Made by a program: the position numbers and the translations under genes
Source of the DNA: Octopus vulgaris
Lineage: Eukaryota
Direction: 5' to 3'
Length of the DNA: 64,000 nucleotides
Assembly (NCBI GenBank): GCA_951406725.2
Contig: OX597822.1
Span: 77,190,001-77,254,000 of the forward strand
Shown: positions 41,830 to 55,185 of the stretch, piece after piece
Numbering within the stretch: position 1 is the stretch's first letter
Layout of the letters: each line of letters opens with the position of its first letter
Notes under the pieces: model-generated
What the model was told of the DNA's origin: nothing
Databases searched by the model: none
Seen by the model: only the letters and a program-made list of their open reading frames with translations

Positions 41830-42226
41830 TCTTTATATATAAAAGAGAGGTTGTGTGTCTGTCTCCTACGATTTAGATTCCTAACTACTCCCACATTTTG
41901 CGGTGCAGTTTAACCAAAACCGGGTATATTATAGTCGTGATTCATATCGAGCCCTTCTGGGTATTAGCGCGCGTCTACGATGAGTCTACGATTTTAAAAA
42001 AAATTTACCATCATTTTTTTCCATTTTAATGCATTTTTTTCGCTATTATATAAGGGAAGTAACTCTCTAAAAATGTCTACGATGAGTCAACGATTTAAAA
42101 AAATTTACCATCATTTTTTTTCCATTTTTAATGCATTTTTTTGCTATTTTTTGGCAATAACTCTCTAAAAATGCTTATATAGTTATTTCCCTTACAAACC
42201 CGAGCAACGCCGGGCGATACTGCTAG
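41830..42226 (+). mobile_element. Non-autonomous Helitron (second copy)
   Basis: A|TCTTTATATATAAAAG ... CCCGAGCAACGCCGGG ... CTAG|T, with an internal tandem duplication of about 100 bp. Confidence 0.85.
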
Positions 42227-42269
42227 TATAATCTAATTATTTCATATATAACATATTACACTCACACCA

Positions 42270-42500
42270 GGACGGCGAGCTGGCAGAATTGTTAGCACGC
42301 TGAGTGAACTGCTTAGGGGTATTTCGTTTGTCGTTATGTTCTGATTTCAAATGCTGCCGAGGTCCACTTTGTCTTTCATCCCTTTAGGGTCGATTAAATA
42401 AGCACCAGTTACGTACTGGGTTCGATGTAATCGACTTAATCCTTTTGACTGTCCTTGTTTGTTCCCTCTATGTTTAGCCCAATGTGGGCAATAAAGAAAT
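42270..42500 (+). mobile_element. SINE type B monomer (tail A)
   Basis: ggacggcgagctggcagaattgttagc head, core, then gggcaataaagaaata. Confidence 0.8.
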
Positions 42501-43202
42501 AAATATATTATACATTCACACACACATATATAGATAGGTAGATATAGGTATATTGCCTATAATACATATATAATGCAAAAATACTTTTCACACTGCGCTA
42601 GAATAGAAATGAAATTTTAAAATTGAATTTTTTCTGTGCGGACCGGTGTCAAACCTCCTTTCATATATATATATGTGTGTGTGTGTGTAGCTTCTTTCAG
42701 TTCCCGTCTACCAAATCCACTCACAACTCTCTGGTCGAGCGGAGGTTATACCAGAAGACACTTGCCCAAAATGTCACACTGCGGGTTGGGTCTGAGCCCA
42801 CAACCATGTGATTGTAAAGCAAACTTCTTACCACACAGCCATGCTTGGGTCTACGCAATTTTTTTTTCTTTTTATCATTAACAACATTAATAATTGTATA
42901 ATTACCAGATTTTAATCAGTATATTTCCTGTATCTTCCAGGAATTATACTTGCTTTATTCATATTAAAATAATTACGCTTATAACATTTTGTCTTAAACG
43001 ATAACATTTATATCCATAAAACTTTATAAACTTCTGTTGCCTTGGCTACCTCCAGTTACCATCCTTTATCTGACTTATTTCTACATCAATTTAATTAATG
43101 CTGGAAATTAAACTTAAAACCCATCCGTTTTGCGCTCTTTACATGATTGGATAACGGTTTTAGTTCTGACTCTACCGACGTTTTGCTTTTCTTCACCTCC
43201 CT

Positions 43203-43286
<84 letters not shown>
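43203..43286. repeat. (CTA)n microsatellite
   Basis: Seen directly. Confidence 0.95.
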
Positions 43287-43425
43287 TCGTTTAGCACTAT
43301 TATATATATTGATTACCACCAAATTGGCGACTCAGTTATGAGGAAGTCGTTTGCATTGAAATAACATTGCAATTTATTAATAAGAGTATATGGTGTGTGT
43401 GTACATCTCTCTCTCTCTCTCTCTT

Positions 43426-43515
<90 letters not shown>

Positions 43516-43927
43516 TAATAGATTTCTTAAGCAGTTAATAGTTTCAAAACAATTCTTTTAAATTATTGTGACTATCAAGTAACGTATGTATATGTATATA
43601 TAGTGAGAGAGAAAGAGACAGAGAGAGATTGAGAAAGAGACAGAGACAGGCAGACATGCACATGATATGATATACAGATACACAGTTGATCTAGCAACCA
43701 GGGCCTCATCTCAGTGAGGGGATCCGATGTGCACTGATGCTCCCGAGTGAAAGAACTCAAAACGGCGCGCATTCTATACTGAAGACCCCATAAGCAATCT
43801 TCTTACCACATGGCCACACCTGTTCCTATAGTGTATCTGCTGTCTACTTCAGCGAGCACTCTTTAATCGACGATTCAGAATGTTAGAGTATTAAATATCT
43901 ACACTGAATACCGTTTGTTACAGATAT

Positions 43928-44480
43928 ATGGCACGGCTGTGACGTAATGAAGCTCGCTTTACAAACAGATGGTTTCCATTTTGTTCGTTCCCGCTGTGCT
44001 ACACCTTGAGCAAGTATTTCCTACCATAAGTTCCTGATCGATCAATGCCGTGTGTGCGTGAATTTGGTAGGCAGAAACTGTGTGGAATCCCGTTATATAT
44101 ATATGATTATGTGCGGGCGTGTCTGCGTCTTTGTATTTGTGTGTGACTGTTTCCACCGCTTGACCACCGGTGTCGATTTGTTTCCGTTCCTGTAACTTAG
44201 CGGGTCACCAAAAGATATCAATAGAAAAAGTACCAGACTTTTTTTTCAAAAAATAAGTATTGGGGTCGATTTGTTCGTCGAAAAGAAAAATCCTTCAAAG
44301 CAGAGCCGCAGCATGGCCGCAGTTTAATGGTTGTAACAAGTATGAGATTAAAATAATAATAAATAACTGTGTGATAAGAAGCGTGTTTCCTAACCACATG
44401 GGTCCGGTTCCAGTCCCGGGTCCAGGCCGACCAAAGCCTTGTGAATATATTTAGTAGCCGGAAACCGAAAGAACCCCTTG

Positions 44481-44547
<67 letters not shown>

Positions 44548-44720
44548 GTGTCTGTGTGTGTGTATATCCTTGTGTCTGTCATTGTTCCCCGCCACCGATT
44601 GACAACCGGTGTTGGTGTGTTTACGCATCTGTAACTTAGCAGTTCGGCAAAAGAAACCAGTAGAATAAGCACCAGGTTTTAAAAGAAATGGGGTCGATTT
44701 CTTCAACACAAAAATTTCTT
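43928..44720 (+). mobile_element. Two diverged SINE type A copies in tandem
   Basis: Heads near 43930 and 44366, each followed by the middle and 3' segments. Confidence 0.7.
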
Positions 44721-44768
44721 CGAGATGCAATGGAATGGCTAAAAAAAAGATATTAAAGATATATATTC

Positions 44769-45767
44769 ATTTCTATTCTAGGCACAAGGCTCGAAATTTT
44801 GTGGTAGGGGCCAGTCGATTAGATCGACCCCAGTACGCAACTGGTACTTAATTTATCGACCCCGAAAGGATGAAAGGCGAAGTCGACTTCGGCGGAATTT
44901 GAACTCAGAACGTAGCAGTAAACGAAATACCTATTTCCTTACTACCCACAAGGGGCCAAACACAGAGGGGACACACAAGGACAGATAAACGGATTAAGTC
45001 GATTTTATCGACCCCAGTGTGTAACTGGTACTTATTTAATCGGCCCCGTAAGGATGAAAGGCAAAGTCGACCTCGGCGGAATTTGAACTCAGAACGTAGC
45101 GGCAGACGAAATACCTATTTCTTTATTACCCACAAGGGGCTATACACAGAGGGGACAAACAAGGACAGACATAGGTATTAAGTCGATTACATCGACCCCA
45201 GTGCGTAACTGGTACTTAATTTATCGACCCCGAAAGGATGAAAGGAAAAGTCGACCTCGGCGGAATTTGAACTCAGAACGTAGCAGCAGACGAAATACCG
45301 CTGAGCATTTCGTCCGGCGTGCTAACAATTCTGCCAGCTCTCCGGCAGACGAAATACCTATTTCTTTACTACCCACAAGGGGCTAAACACAGAGAGGACA
45401 AACAAGGACAGACAAACGGATTAAGTCGATTACATCGACCCCAGTGCGTAACTGGTACTTAATTTATCGACCCCGAAAGGATGAAAGGCAAAGTCGACCT
45501 CGGCGGAATTTGAACTCAAAACGTAACGGCAGACGAAATACCTATTTCTTTATTACCCACAAGGGGCTAAACACAGAGAGGGGACAAACAAGGACAGACA
45601 AACGGATTAAGTCGATTACATCGACCCCAGTGCGTAACTGGTACTTAATTTATCGACCCCGAAAGGATGAAAGGCAAAGTCGACCTCGGCGGAATTTGAA
45701 CTCAAAACGTAACGGCAGACGAAATACCGCTACGCATTTCACTCGGCGTGCTATCGTTTCTGCCAGA
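44769..45767 (-). mobile_element. Two tandem multimeric SINE type B elements (5 cores, 184-185-bp period)
   Basis: Junction aatacc|tatttc at 44932, 45116, 45359 and 45543; heads at about 45300-45340 and 45728-45767. Confidence 0.9.
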
Positions 45768-46188
45768 TCACTGTCTTTAACGCTGTTTATACTTTAAAGA
45801 CATTTCATGCTTACATTAAACTGGTGGTCGTTATATAACATGTATATAAAACAAGAATTGCTAAAATTCCACCACTTATTACTAAAGCAGTCACATATAT
45901 TCGATACAATAATTGAAGAATTAATGAGCTTATCACGTGATTGTGATATCCTACATGTGACTGAAGAACTAATTATCCAAACGCATTTCGCAATTATTTT
46001 AGCGCATCAAATTAAAATTCAATTTCACATCGATTTCTTTCGTAGATGTAAGACGCACATGACGTGAAGTCTACCGAATCGATCGGGTATTTTCCGTCCG
46101 TATATTCTAAGGGAGATTTGGTAATAGAATCTAATTTTCAATCCGAAGATATTTGGAATCCGTCGCGTGTATGTATTATATATATGTA

Positions 46189-46231
<43 letters not shown>

Positions 46232-46245
46232 CTTATAATTAATAA

Positions 46246-46321
46246 GGCTAAAGAAGGTTATTCTAAAGCCAATACACTGATTTAAATCAGTGTATTGGCT
46301 TTAGAATAACCTTCTTTAGCC
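46246..46321. repeat. Perfect spacerless 76-bp palindrome
   Basis: ggctaaagaaggttattctaaagccaatacactgattt|aaatcagtgtattggctttagaataaccttctttagcc; pairing extends imperfectly to 46230-46335. Confidence 0.95.
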
Positions 46322-46421
46322 CTTAATTATAAGATGTTTATACTTCAACCGTAAATGTTTTTTTTAATATACTGCCACGCTTTTTGATGGAGTCCTTTTC
46401 TGTAGAGAAAGGGACTTCATC

Positions 46422-46503
<82 letters not shown>

Positions 46504-46524
46504 CACATTGCAATGAAGGAAAAA

Positions 46525-46820
46525 CTGGCAATCTATCAGCTCCCACGATTGAGTGTTCCGGTCAACGGAATATCTTGCTCGTTAAATTAATGGGCAAGTG
46601 GCTGAGTACCCTTAACGTAGTTCTCAGGGAGATTCAGCGTGACACGGGAAGTGACAAGGCTGATCCTTTGCAATAGAGGCACCACCCATTTTTGGCAGCA
46701 AAGTGGACTCGAGCAACGTGAAATAAAATGTCTTGCTCAAGGACACAATGCGACGCCGAGAATTGAACTCACAATCTTACGATCGTGAGCCGAATACGTT
46801 AACCATCAAGCCACGCGTCT
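46525..46820 (-). mobile_element. SINE type C with tail c, diverged
   Basis: Reverse complement of 28586-28880. Confidence 0.7.
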
Positions 46821-46917
<97 letters not shown>

Positions 46918-46930
46918 TTATTTTTATATG

Positions 46931-46985
<55 letters not shown>

Positions 46986-47074
46986 TCTAGCATTCTTGTA
47001 CATGTTTCAGTCTTCTGACTCCGGTCATGCTGGAGCACCGCCTCATATATATATATATATATATATATATAGCC

Positions 47075-47418
47075 AAAAATGGATATTGACAGTGACTTCG
47101 AAGTTTCGACCAGCTAAGCCATCATTGAACTGTCTGATGACTTTCCAGTTTTCGGTAAATCTCCAATGACTGGACATTTAACTCTGGAATTACTTGTCTC
47201 ACCAGGCTATGAACAGACAAGCAGATCACTGCTGTAAATATCGAACGCAGAGTATAATTGGCATTATAATGAGCGATTTTGAAATTAAATTCTACTTTGG
47301 AATAACTTAGAAAGAGCTGCGTTCCACTGCCAGGTCGGCCTGCACTATATACACTATGTAACCGACTTCACAAATATGACGTAATAGAGCAACTATAAGA
47401 TCTGGCTTGAAGCATAAT
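47075..47418 (-). mobile_element. Interspersed repeat (probable Penelope 3' end) ending in a degenerate hammerhead-like motif (47088-47134)
   Basis: Minus strand gacagt-tcaatgat-ggc...gtc-GAAAC-TTCGAA-GTC-actgtc (6-bp stem I, mutated core); 47145-47418 is an inverted copy of 52842-53120. Confidence 0.55.
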
Positions 47419-47627
47419 TAATTGTGTTTTCTTAAAAAGGGAACTTTCCTTGGTAAAACCGCCACTAATGTTGGACAGGAACTGTTAGGAGCTGACCCAT
47501 GTGTAGTGCTGTAAGAAACAGAAATGAAAAATGGATAAAGAGGATTAACAACTGGAAATTAATGATTTCCAGTTGTTAAACACACACACACATATATATA
47601 TATATATAACAAAGGAAAAATACACAC

Positions 47628-47682
<55 letters not shown>

Positions 47683-48298
47683 CGTGTGTGTGTCCGTTTG
47701 TGTGTCTATGTGTGTCTCCCAACATCGCTTTGCAACCGATGCTGGTGTGTTTAGTCCCCGTAACTTAACAGTTTGGCAAAATAGAACGATAGAATAAGTA
47801 CCAGGCTTACAAAGAATAAGTCCTGTGGTCGATTTGCTCGACTAAAGGCGGCGCTCCATCAATGACTGAAACAAGTAAAAGAGTACGAGTTGATCCTGTG
47901 ACGGCTGTTACACTAAAAGCTCATTGGTTTATATTTTGTGCCCCTGACGATACGGTGTGTTTGGGGTGAAGTTATTTATTATTCAATTCTCAATGGTTCG
48001 CTTCACTTAGTTGTGAATACCTCTGCGTAAAAATTAAGCGCAGTCAAGAATCCTAGGACTCATATACATGGCCAAGATTACATTTCCCTTGAACGATACA
48101 CCCGTTCTTTGTAGGATTCCTCCTATATATCTAAGTAGAGTGGAGTAACGTAAAATGAAGGGCTTTACTAAAAACACTCAGACCACCGCTTCGTCTAAGA
48201 ATCGAAACCATGATCTTGTATGTAACAGTCTAACCACTGGACCATGCGCCTTTACGGTACCTCACAGACTTACGGTTAATTGCTTATTGTTGTTGTTG

Positions 48299-48620
48299 TC
48301 AGTGGTTAGAGTGTCGAGCTTACGATCGTGAGGTTGTGAGTTCGAATCCCGGACCGAGCTGCGTGTTGTGTTTTTGAGCACGACACTTTATTTCACATTG
48401 CTCCAGTTCACTCAGCTGTAGAAAAGAGTTGCGACATCACTGGTGCCAAGCTGTATCGGCCTTTGCCTTTCCCTTGGATAACATCAGTGGCATGGAGAGG
48501 GGAGGCTGGTATACATGGGCGACTGCTGGTCTTCCATAAAAACAACCTTGCCCGGACTTGTGCCTGGGAAGGTAACTTTCTAGGTGCAATCTCATGGTCA
48601 GTCATGACCGAAGGGGGGAT
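48299..48620 (+). mobile_element. SINE type C with tail b
   Basis: GAGTTCGAATCCC B box; tail ggtgcaatctcatggtcagtcatgaccgaaggggg. Confidence 0.8.
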
Positions 48621-49809
48621 CTTATATTGTTTAACCCCAAGCCAACTATGACACAGCAGGCCAACGGTCCAGAGCGTTCCATCGCCCCAGTTTTCTTAAT
48701 TGTAATTAGGTACCTATATAAATTACTGCTAATTTTTGTTGCAGTTGTCGTTTAACCCTAGATCAACTGACGTAGTAGGCCCATGGTCAAAGGCGTTGCA
48801 TACGTGACCGTCTCGTCTTATTTTCAAATGTAATATATCTAAGACCACAGCCTACAATCCAACAGTTCTAAACCGCGGCACCGAGCAACACATGTAACTC
48901 TCAAGCTTCTTTCCCGCAGCTCCTCTAGAAATATAATTATTTTTTCATTAATTGACTTATGTTTTAATTAAAAAATTTTTTTTTTTTTGTGCGGTCCCCT
49001 ACATATTTCCAGGTTTTGCATCTAGCCCCAATATTAGAAAGATTGAGAACCACTGCTATAATCTGTCTTCGATTGTTTTAAAAAGGTAGAATGATTTGAA
49101 GAAGTTTTGGCTGCTATTTCTAGCAGATCAATTCAGGCAGACCCATTAGACATTGCCTAACTAGGACTATAGTATCCAATGTGCTTCTCGCCCCACCTTT
49201 TTTTTTTCTTCATAATAGCAGGGTGTAATTTGAGGTATATCTGGCCGCCATTTTTAGTTGGTCGATCACTCGCTGTTTAACGCCTACTATTGTTCTAAAA
49301 AAAAAAGGGGTAAAACACTGCATAATTAAGAAATTGTTGAGATTTTGATGGTTCCTTACATTATTATTGTTGTTATTGTAGTTGATGCTATGATCGCTGG
49401 TGCGTTTGTTTCCACTGCGGGTGTTGTCTGCAAGTCACGCGGTTGCTTTTGCTATTTCTGTTGCAGATTTTGTGTTGTTACAGTTGGAATGTTTTATTAA
49501 TCTATCACATCCACGTTATTTGTATACCTACATAGACCAAAGCGTTTCACTGACCCATAAACCAGACATTATGTTTACCTAGCCTACTACAAAATCTTAC
49601 TCCGTTCCACACCACCACGATTCCAGTATATTACCAAAGTTTTCTTCAATTCTTTTTCCTCAGGTTGCTATAGAATACTCTTTCAGGCCTGAACTATGAA
49701 ATTATTTTCTTAACATAAAATGTACAATTCTTTCTTTTCTTTTCTTCTTCTTTCTTTCCTTTCTTTCTTTTCTTTTCTCATCTATTTACTTAATTTTTTT
49801 TTTTACTTT

Positions 49810-49983
49810 ATGGTAAGAAGTTCGGTTCCCAAACATATTGTTCCAGGTTCAGTCCCACCGCGTGGCACTTTGGGCAAATGTCTTCTACTATAGACATTGG
49901 CCGATCAAAGAGTGGATTTGCTAAACGGCAACTGAAAGAAGCCCGTCGTATATATATATATGTGGGGGGAGCGTGTGTGTGGA

Positions 49984-50035
<52 letters not shown>

Positions 50036-50250
50036 CGCTTTCTTTGTGTTTGTTCTCAACCACCGCTTGCCAACCACTATTTGTTTGCATCCCCGTAACT
50101 TAGCGCTTCGGCAAAATGTACCGATATAATAAGTACCAAGCTTTAAAAAGAATGTAATTACTGTAGTCGATTTGTTCGACTAAACCCTTCAAGGTGATGC
50201 CCCAGTATGGCCGCAGTCTAATGGCTGAAACACGCAAAAAATAAAAGGTA
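49810..50250 (+). mobile_element. SINE type A, diverged
   Basis: Head, microsatellite and tail. Confidence 0.75.
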
Positions 50251-50867
50251 AAAGGATCATTTTTATTTATATATTTTTGATTTACACTAACGGAAAACTA
50301 CTTTCAGACAAACTTATTTCGTTTTTAATAAAGGACTGGCTTCCGGCTGCTTTCGTTGTTGCCCTCCATAAAAATATGGCGCAGCAGCAGTTGTACAAAC
50401 TATAAAAGTCGAACTTGAAATTATTTCTAGGGGACGTACCACTGGGTTTCTAGGTTAGACTTATGAAACTTAAATGACTCAACAGACTCGAAATGGTTCT
50501 CAGCATGAAACGTGGGATTATTCCGTAGACTAAAACGTCTCCTTCCCCCTGGGTATTATATCTCCTAAGGAACAACAAAAAAAAAAATATCACAATTGAA
50601 AACAATGAATAAAAGAAAAATTTTTAATTGACATAGGTTAGTATGTCGTGAGAAGGACTAAACAATTTTTCTTGCTAACATTAATAGGGAAATTCGACGG
50701 CAGCGAGCAGATGAAATCGTTGGCGTGTCGGTCGAAATGTAAAGCGGCATTTTTTCTATGTCTTTACAATCTAAGTTCCAATTTCGACTTTTCCTTATAT
50801 GCTTTCGTGGTTGATAAAATAAGTACCAGTTAAGCAGTGGGGGGGGGGCAACGAAATTGAAAAAGAC

Positions 50868-51025
50868 CAGGAGTGGCTGTGTGGTAAGTAGCTTGCTAAC
50901 CAACCACATGGTTCCGGGTTCAGTCCCACTGCGTGGCATCTTGGGCAAGTGTCTTCTGCTATAGCCCCGGGCCGACCAATGCCTTGTGAGTGGATTTGGT
51001 AGACGGAAACAGAAAGAAGCCTGTC

Positions 51026-51063
<38 letters not shown>

Positions 51064-51228
51064 AGGAGTGGCTGTGTGGTAAGTAGCTTGCTAACCAACC
51101 ACATGGTTCCGGGTTCAGTCTCACTGCGTGGCATCTTGGGCAAGTGTCTTCTGCTATAGCCCCGGGCCGACCAATGCCTTGTGAGTGGATTTGGTAGACG
51201 GAAACTGAAAGAAGCCTGTCGTATATAT

Positions 51229-51268
<40 letters not shown>

Positions 51269-51477
51269 GTTTGTGTGTCTGTGTTTGTCCCCCTAGCATT
51301 GCTTGACAACCGATGCTGGTGTGTTTACGTCCCCGTCACTTAGCGGTTCGGCAAAAGAGACCGATAGAATAAGTACTGGGCTTACAAAGAATAAGTCCCG
51401 GGGTCAATTTGCTCGACTAAAAGGCGGTGCTCCAGCATGGCCGCAGTCAAATGACTGAAACAAGTAAAAGAGTAAAA
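50868..51477 (+). mobile_element. SINE type A with tandemly duplicated 5' half
   Basis: 50868-51027 and 51063-51222 are near-identical heads, each followed by (TA)n; a single tail follows. Confidence 0.9.
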
Positions 51478-51559
51478 TAAGTCCTGGCGTCAATTTATTC
51501 TACTAAAGGCGGTGCTTCATCATGACCGCAGTCAAATGACTGAAACAAATTAAAGAAAT

Positions 51560-52000
51560 CTTTTCTACTATAGGCACAAGGCCCGAAATTTTGGGGAGAG
51601 GGCCAATTGATTAGATCAACCCCACTACGCAACAGGTACTTAATCCGAAAGAATGAAAGGCAAAGTCGACCTCGGTGGAATTTGAACTCAGAACATAAAG
51701 ACAGACGAAATACCGCTAAGCCATTTCGCCCGGCGTGCTAACGTTTCTGCTAGCTCGCAGCGTTCGAATAAAAGAAAGAATGTACGGCTAAAGGCGGTGG
51801 GTTGGCAGAATCGTTGGCACGTTGAGCAAAATGCTTATTGGTATTTCTTCCGGCACTTTAGGTTCGGAGTTCAAATTCCGTCGAAGTCAACTTTGTTTTT
51901 CATCCTTTCAAGGTCGATAAAATAAGTACCACGTTCGATGTGATCGTCTTACCCCATTCCCCCACCACTAAAACTGCTAGTTTAATGCCAAAATTTAAAA
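51560..52000. mobile_element. Two SINE type B monomers in divergent orientation
   Basis: Minus copy 51560-51760, plus copy 51792-52000. Confidence 0.75.
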
Positions 52001-52841
52001 CCATATTATCTACGTATTTACTAAGCTGGACTTGGCCACTTGAGAATTATGTGTTTATGTTATAGACACAATAGTGTCAGTGATAGAATACGAACTGCTA
52101 AACTCTCTTAATTTGCTGAACATATAAAACTAATTAGCCGAATATGTAGGATAATTAGCAATTCATTATAGTATTACTTAGCCACCCGCGTTTTTGATGA
52201 TTATATTATACAAGTTATAGAATCGATATTCATAACTGAACCTCATAGAGGAATTCTGATAATATGTAGTTTAATGAGCAGTAATTTAAAACCCACTCCC
52301 AGCTAAATTGTGTTTCCCATCCTTTAATTTACAACAATTCTATCGCTAATTCTATAATCCAAAAATATGTCACCCAAGCGAAGAATTTATGGGTTTTATA
52401 AAATGTGGTCAACATAGACTTTGGAAAACACAAACCAGCGTGCACACACGCACATCTTCTCTTATTCTCTGTTTCTCAATCCCTCTCGAACATATATTAT
52501 CACTCGCATCCATATAAATATAGAAATCTGTAAACTAGAAAACAAAGAGACCCGAAGCAGATCTGGAATGCAGAAAACATGCCACTGAAGAGGCCACGAA
52601 TGGCAACAAAAGGACTTTAACAAACCTAGCTGATTGATTGATTGATCGGGCGATCAATTAAACAATCGATTAGTTAACTGGTTGAATGGTTAACTGGTTG
52701 AATGGTTATTTATGAAATAATAAAGAAGTGAAATAAAAACAGTACGTGTATTCATTGTTGGCATAATGCCCTTTCTGAGATACAACAGAATTATCCCAGA
52801 CCGTTTAGAATAAAAGCTAATCCCTCATTTAGAAAACATAG

Positions 52842-53120
52842 ATATGTTTCAAGCCAGATCTGATAGTTGCTCTGTTGCATCATATTTGTGAAGTCGGTCA
52901 CTTAGTGTATCTGGTGCAGGCCTACCTGGCAGCGGAACCCATCTCTTTCTAAGTTATTCCAAAGTAGAATTTAATTTCAAAATCGCTCATTATAATGCCA
53001 ATTATACTCTGCGTTCGATATTTACAGCAGTGATTTGCTTGTCTATTCATAGCCTGGTGAGACAAGTAATTCCAGAATTAAATATCCGGTCGTTGGAGAT
53101 TTATTGAAGACTTCGAAACT
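52842..53120 (+). mobile_element. Second copy of the 47145-47418 repeat
   Basis: About 275 bp of inverted homology seen directly. Confidence 0.75.
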
Positions 53121-53439
53121 TTTGATGTGTATGTAGAAGAAATTCGCCTGACTTGTTTCGTGTTTTTTCTAGCACCCCCACAAGTTCAGCTGTCTTTCGA
53201 AGAACACAGTGATTAGAAGCACTAAATATTAAAAGTCAAACTAATGCAGAAGGGTATCAGTCGACAATCTTGACTAAAGTACTTATCTGGTACCTCGCAT
53301 TATCGACCCCGGAAGGATGAAAAACAAAATTGGTATCGACGGAACTTGAACTCAGAATGTAAAGGGTCATAAACAATACCTCAGAGTATTTTGTCCGATG
53401 CTCTACTAGTTATGCTAATCCATTAATCCTTTTATTATA

Positions 53440-53860
53440 TTGGTTTCAAATTTTGACACAAGACCAGCAAATTAGGGGGGAGGGGGTCAGTCAATTTAAT
53501 CGAACAACAGTGCTTAACTGGTGCTTATTTTATCGACCCAAAAGGATGAAAGGCAAAGTCGACCTCGGTGGAATTTGAACTCAGAACTAATGACGGACAA
53601 AATGCCGCTAAGCATTTCGCCCGGCGTGCTTACAGCTCTGCCAGCTCGTCGTCTTCTTTTATTATATTACATATTTATTAAGGCGGCGAGTTGGAAGAAT
53701 CGTTAGTACATCGGACTAAATGCTTGGCAGCATTTCTTCCGGCTCTTTAACTTCTTAGTTCAAATTCCGCCGAGCTCTTCTTTACCTTTCATCCTTTCAG
53801 GAGCGATGTAGTCGACTATTCTCTTCCTTTAATACTGCTGGATTTGTGCCAAAATTTGAA
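53440..53860. mobile_element. Two SINE type B monomers in divergent orientation
   Basis: Minus copy 53440-53650, plus copy 53681-53860. Confidence 0.75.
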
Positions 53861-53874
53861 ATCAATATATATTG

Positions 53875-54160
53875 AGACTCCCTTCAGTCATGACTGACCG
53901 TGGGATTGAACCTAAAAAGTTACCCTCCCAGGCACAAGGTTGTTCACGGAAGACCAGCAGTCGCCCATGCATACCATCCTCCCCTCTTCCATGCCACCAA
54001 TGTTGTCCAAGGGAAAGGCAAAGGCCGATACAGCTTGGCACTAGTGACGTTGCAACTCATTTCTACAGATGAGTGAACTGGAGCAACATTAAATAAAGTG
54101 TCTTGCTCAAGAACACAACACGCAGCCCGGCCCAGGATACAAACTCACAACCTCTCGATC
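53875..54160 (-). mobile_element. SINE type C with tail b
   Basis: Reverse complement of 48299-48620. Confidence 0.8.
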
Positions 54161-54161
<1 letters not shown>

Positions 54162-54234
<73 letters not shown>

Positions 54235-54253
54235 GTATGTGTATATATATATA

Positions 54254-54313
<60 letters not shown>

Positions 54314-54357
54314 ATATATATATAATATATATATGTATATGTATATATATGTATATA

Positions 54358-54406
<49 letters not shown>

Positions 54407-54445
54407 GTATATATATATGTATATATATATGTGTATATATATATG

Positions 54446-54483
<38 letters not shown>

Positions 54484-54500
54484 AATATATGTGTATATAT
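54162..54500. repeat. Long interrupted (TA)n microsatellite
   Basis: Seen directly. Confidence 0.95.
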
Positions 54501-54710
54501 ACTCTTTTACTCTTTTACTTGTTTCAGTCATTTGACTGCGGCCATGCTGGAGCACCGCCTTTAGTCGAGCAAATCGACCCCAGGACTTATTCTTTGTAAG
54601 CCCAGTACTTATTCTATCGGTCTCTTTTGCCGAACCGCTAAGTAACGGGGACACAAACACACCAGCATCGGTTGTCAAGCAATGCTATAGGGACAAACAC
54701 AGACACACAA

Positions 54711-54743
<33 letters not shown>

Positions 54744-54904
54744 CATATATACGACGGGCTTCTTTCAGTTTCCGTCTACCAAATCCACTCACAAGGCTTT
54801 GGTCGGCCCGAGGCTATAGTAGAAGACACTTGCCCAAGGTGCCAAGCAGTGGGACTGAACCCGGAACCATGTGGTTGGTAAACAAGCTACTTACCACACA
54901 GCCA

Positions 54905-54907
<3 letters not shown>
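54500..54907 (-). mobile_element. SINE type A
   Basis: Complete young copy. Confidence 0.9.
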
Positions 54908-54954
<47 letters not shown>

Positions 54955-55024
54955 TATATATTATATTAAATTAGAGTTTTTTTGTATATTATATAACTAT
55001 CAAAAAGTATTAAAAGTTTATATG

Positions 55025-55074
<50 letters not shown>

Positions 55075-55106
55075 TATATATATATATGTGTGTGTATATA
55101 TATATA

Positions 55107-55185
<79 letters not shown>

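Noticed and set aside
44769-45767. CRISPR-like regularly spaced repeats
   Set aside because: Whole 184-bp units repeat with no unique spacers and no cas genes; these are SINE concatemers in a eukaryotic context.
48860-49057. hAT/Charlie-like MITE remnant (also 41724-41790)
   Set aside because: Only one convincing terminus each and no TSD identified.
52575-52610. CTGAAGAG-GCCA-cgaa-TGGC as a hammerhead (also isolated CTGANGA near 33525, 41137, 45961, 47944)
   Set aside because: No downstream GAAA-stem III-NUH or stem I could be found.
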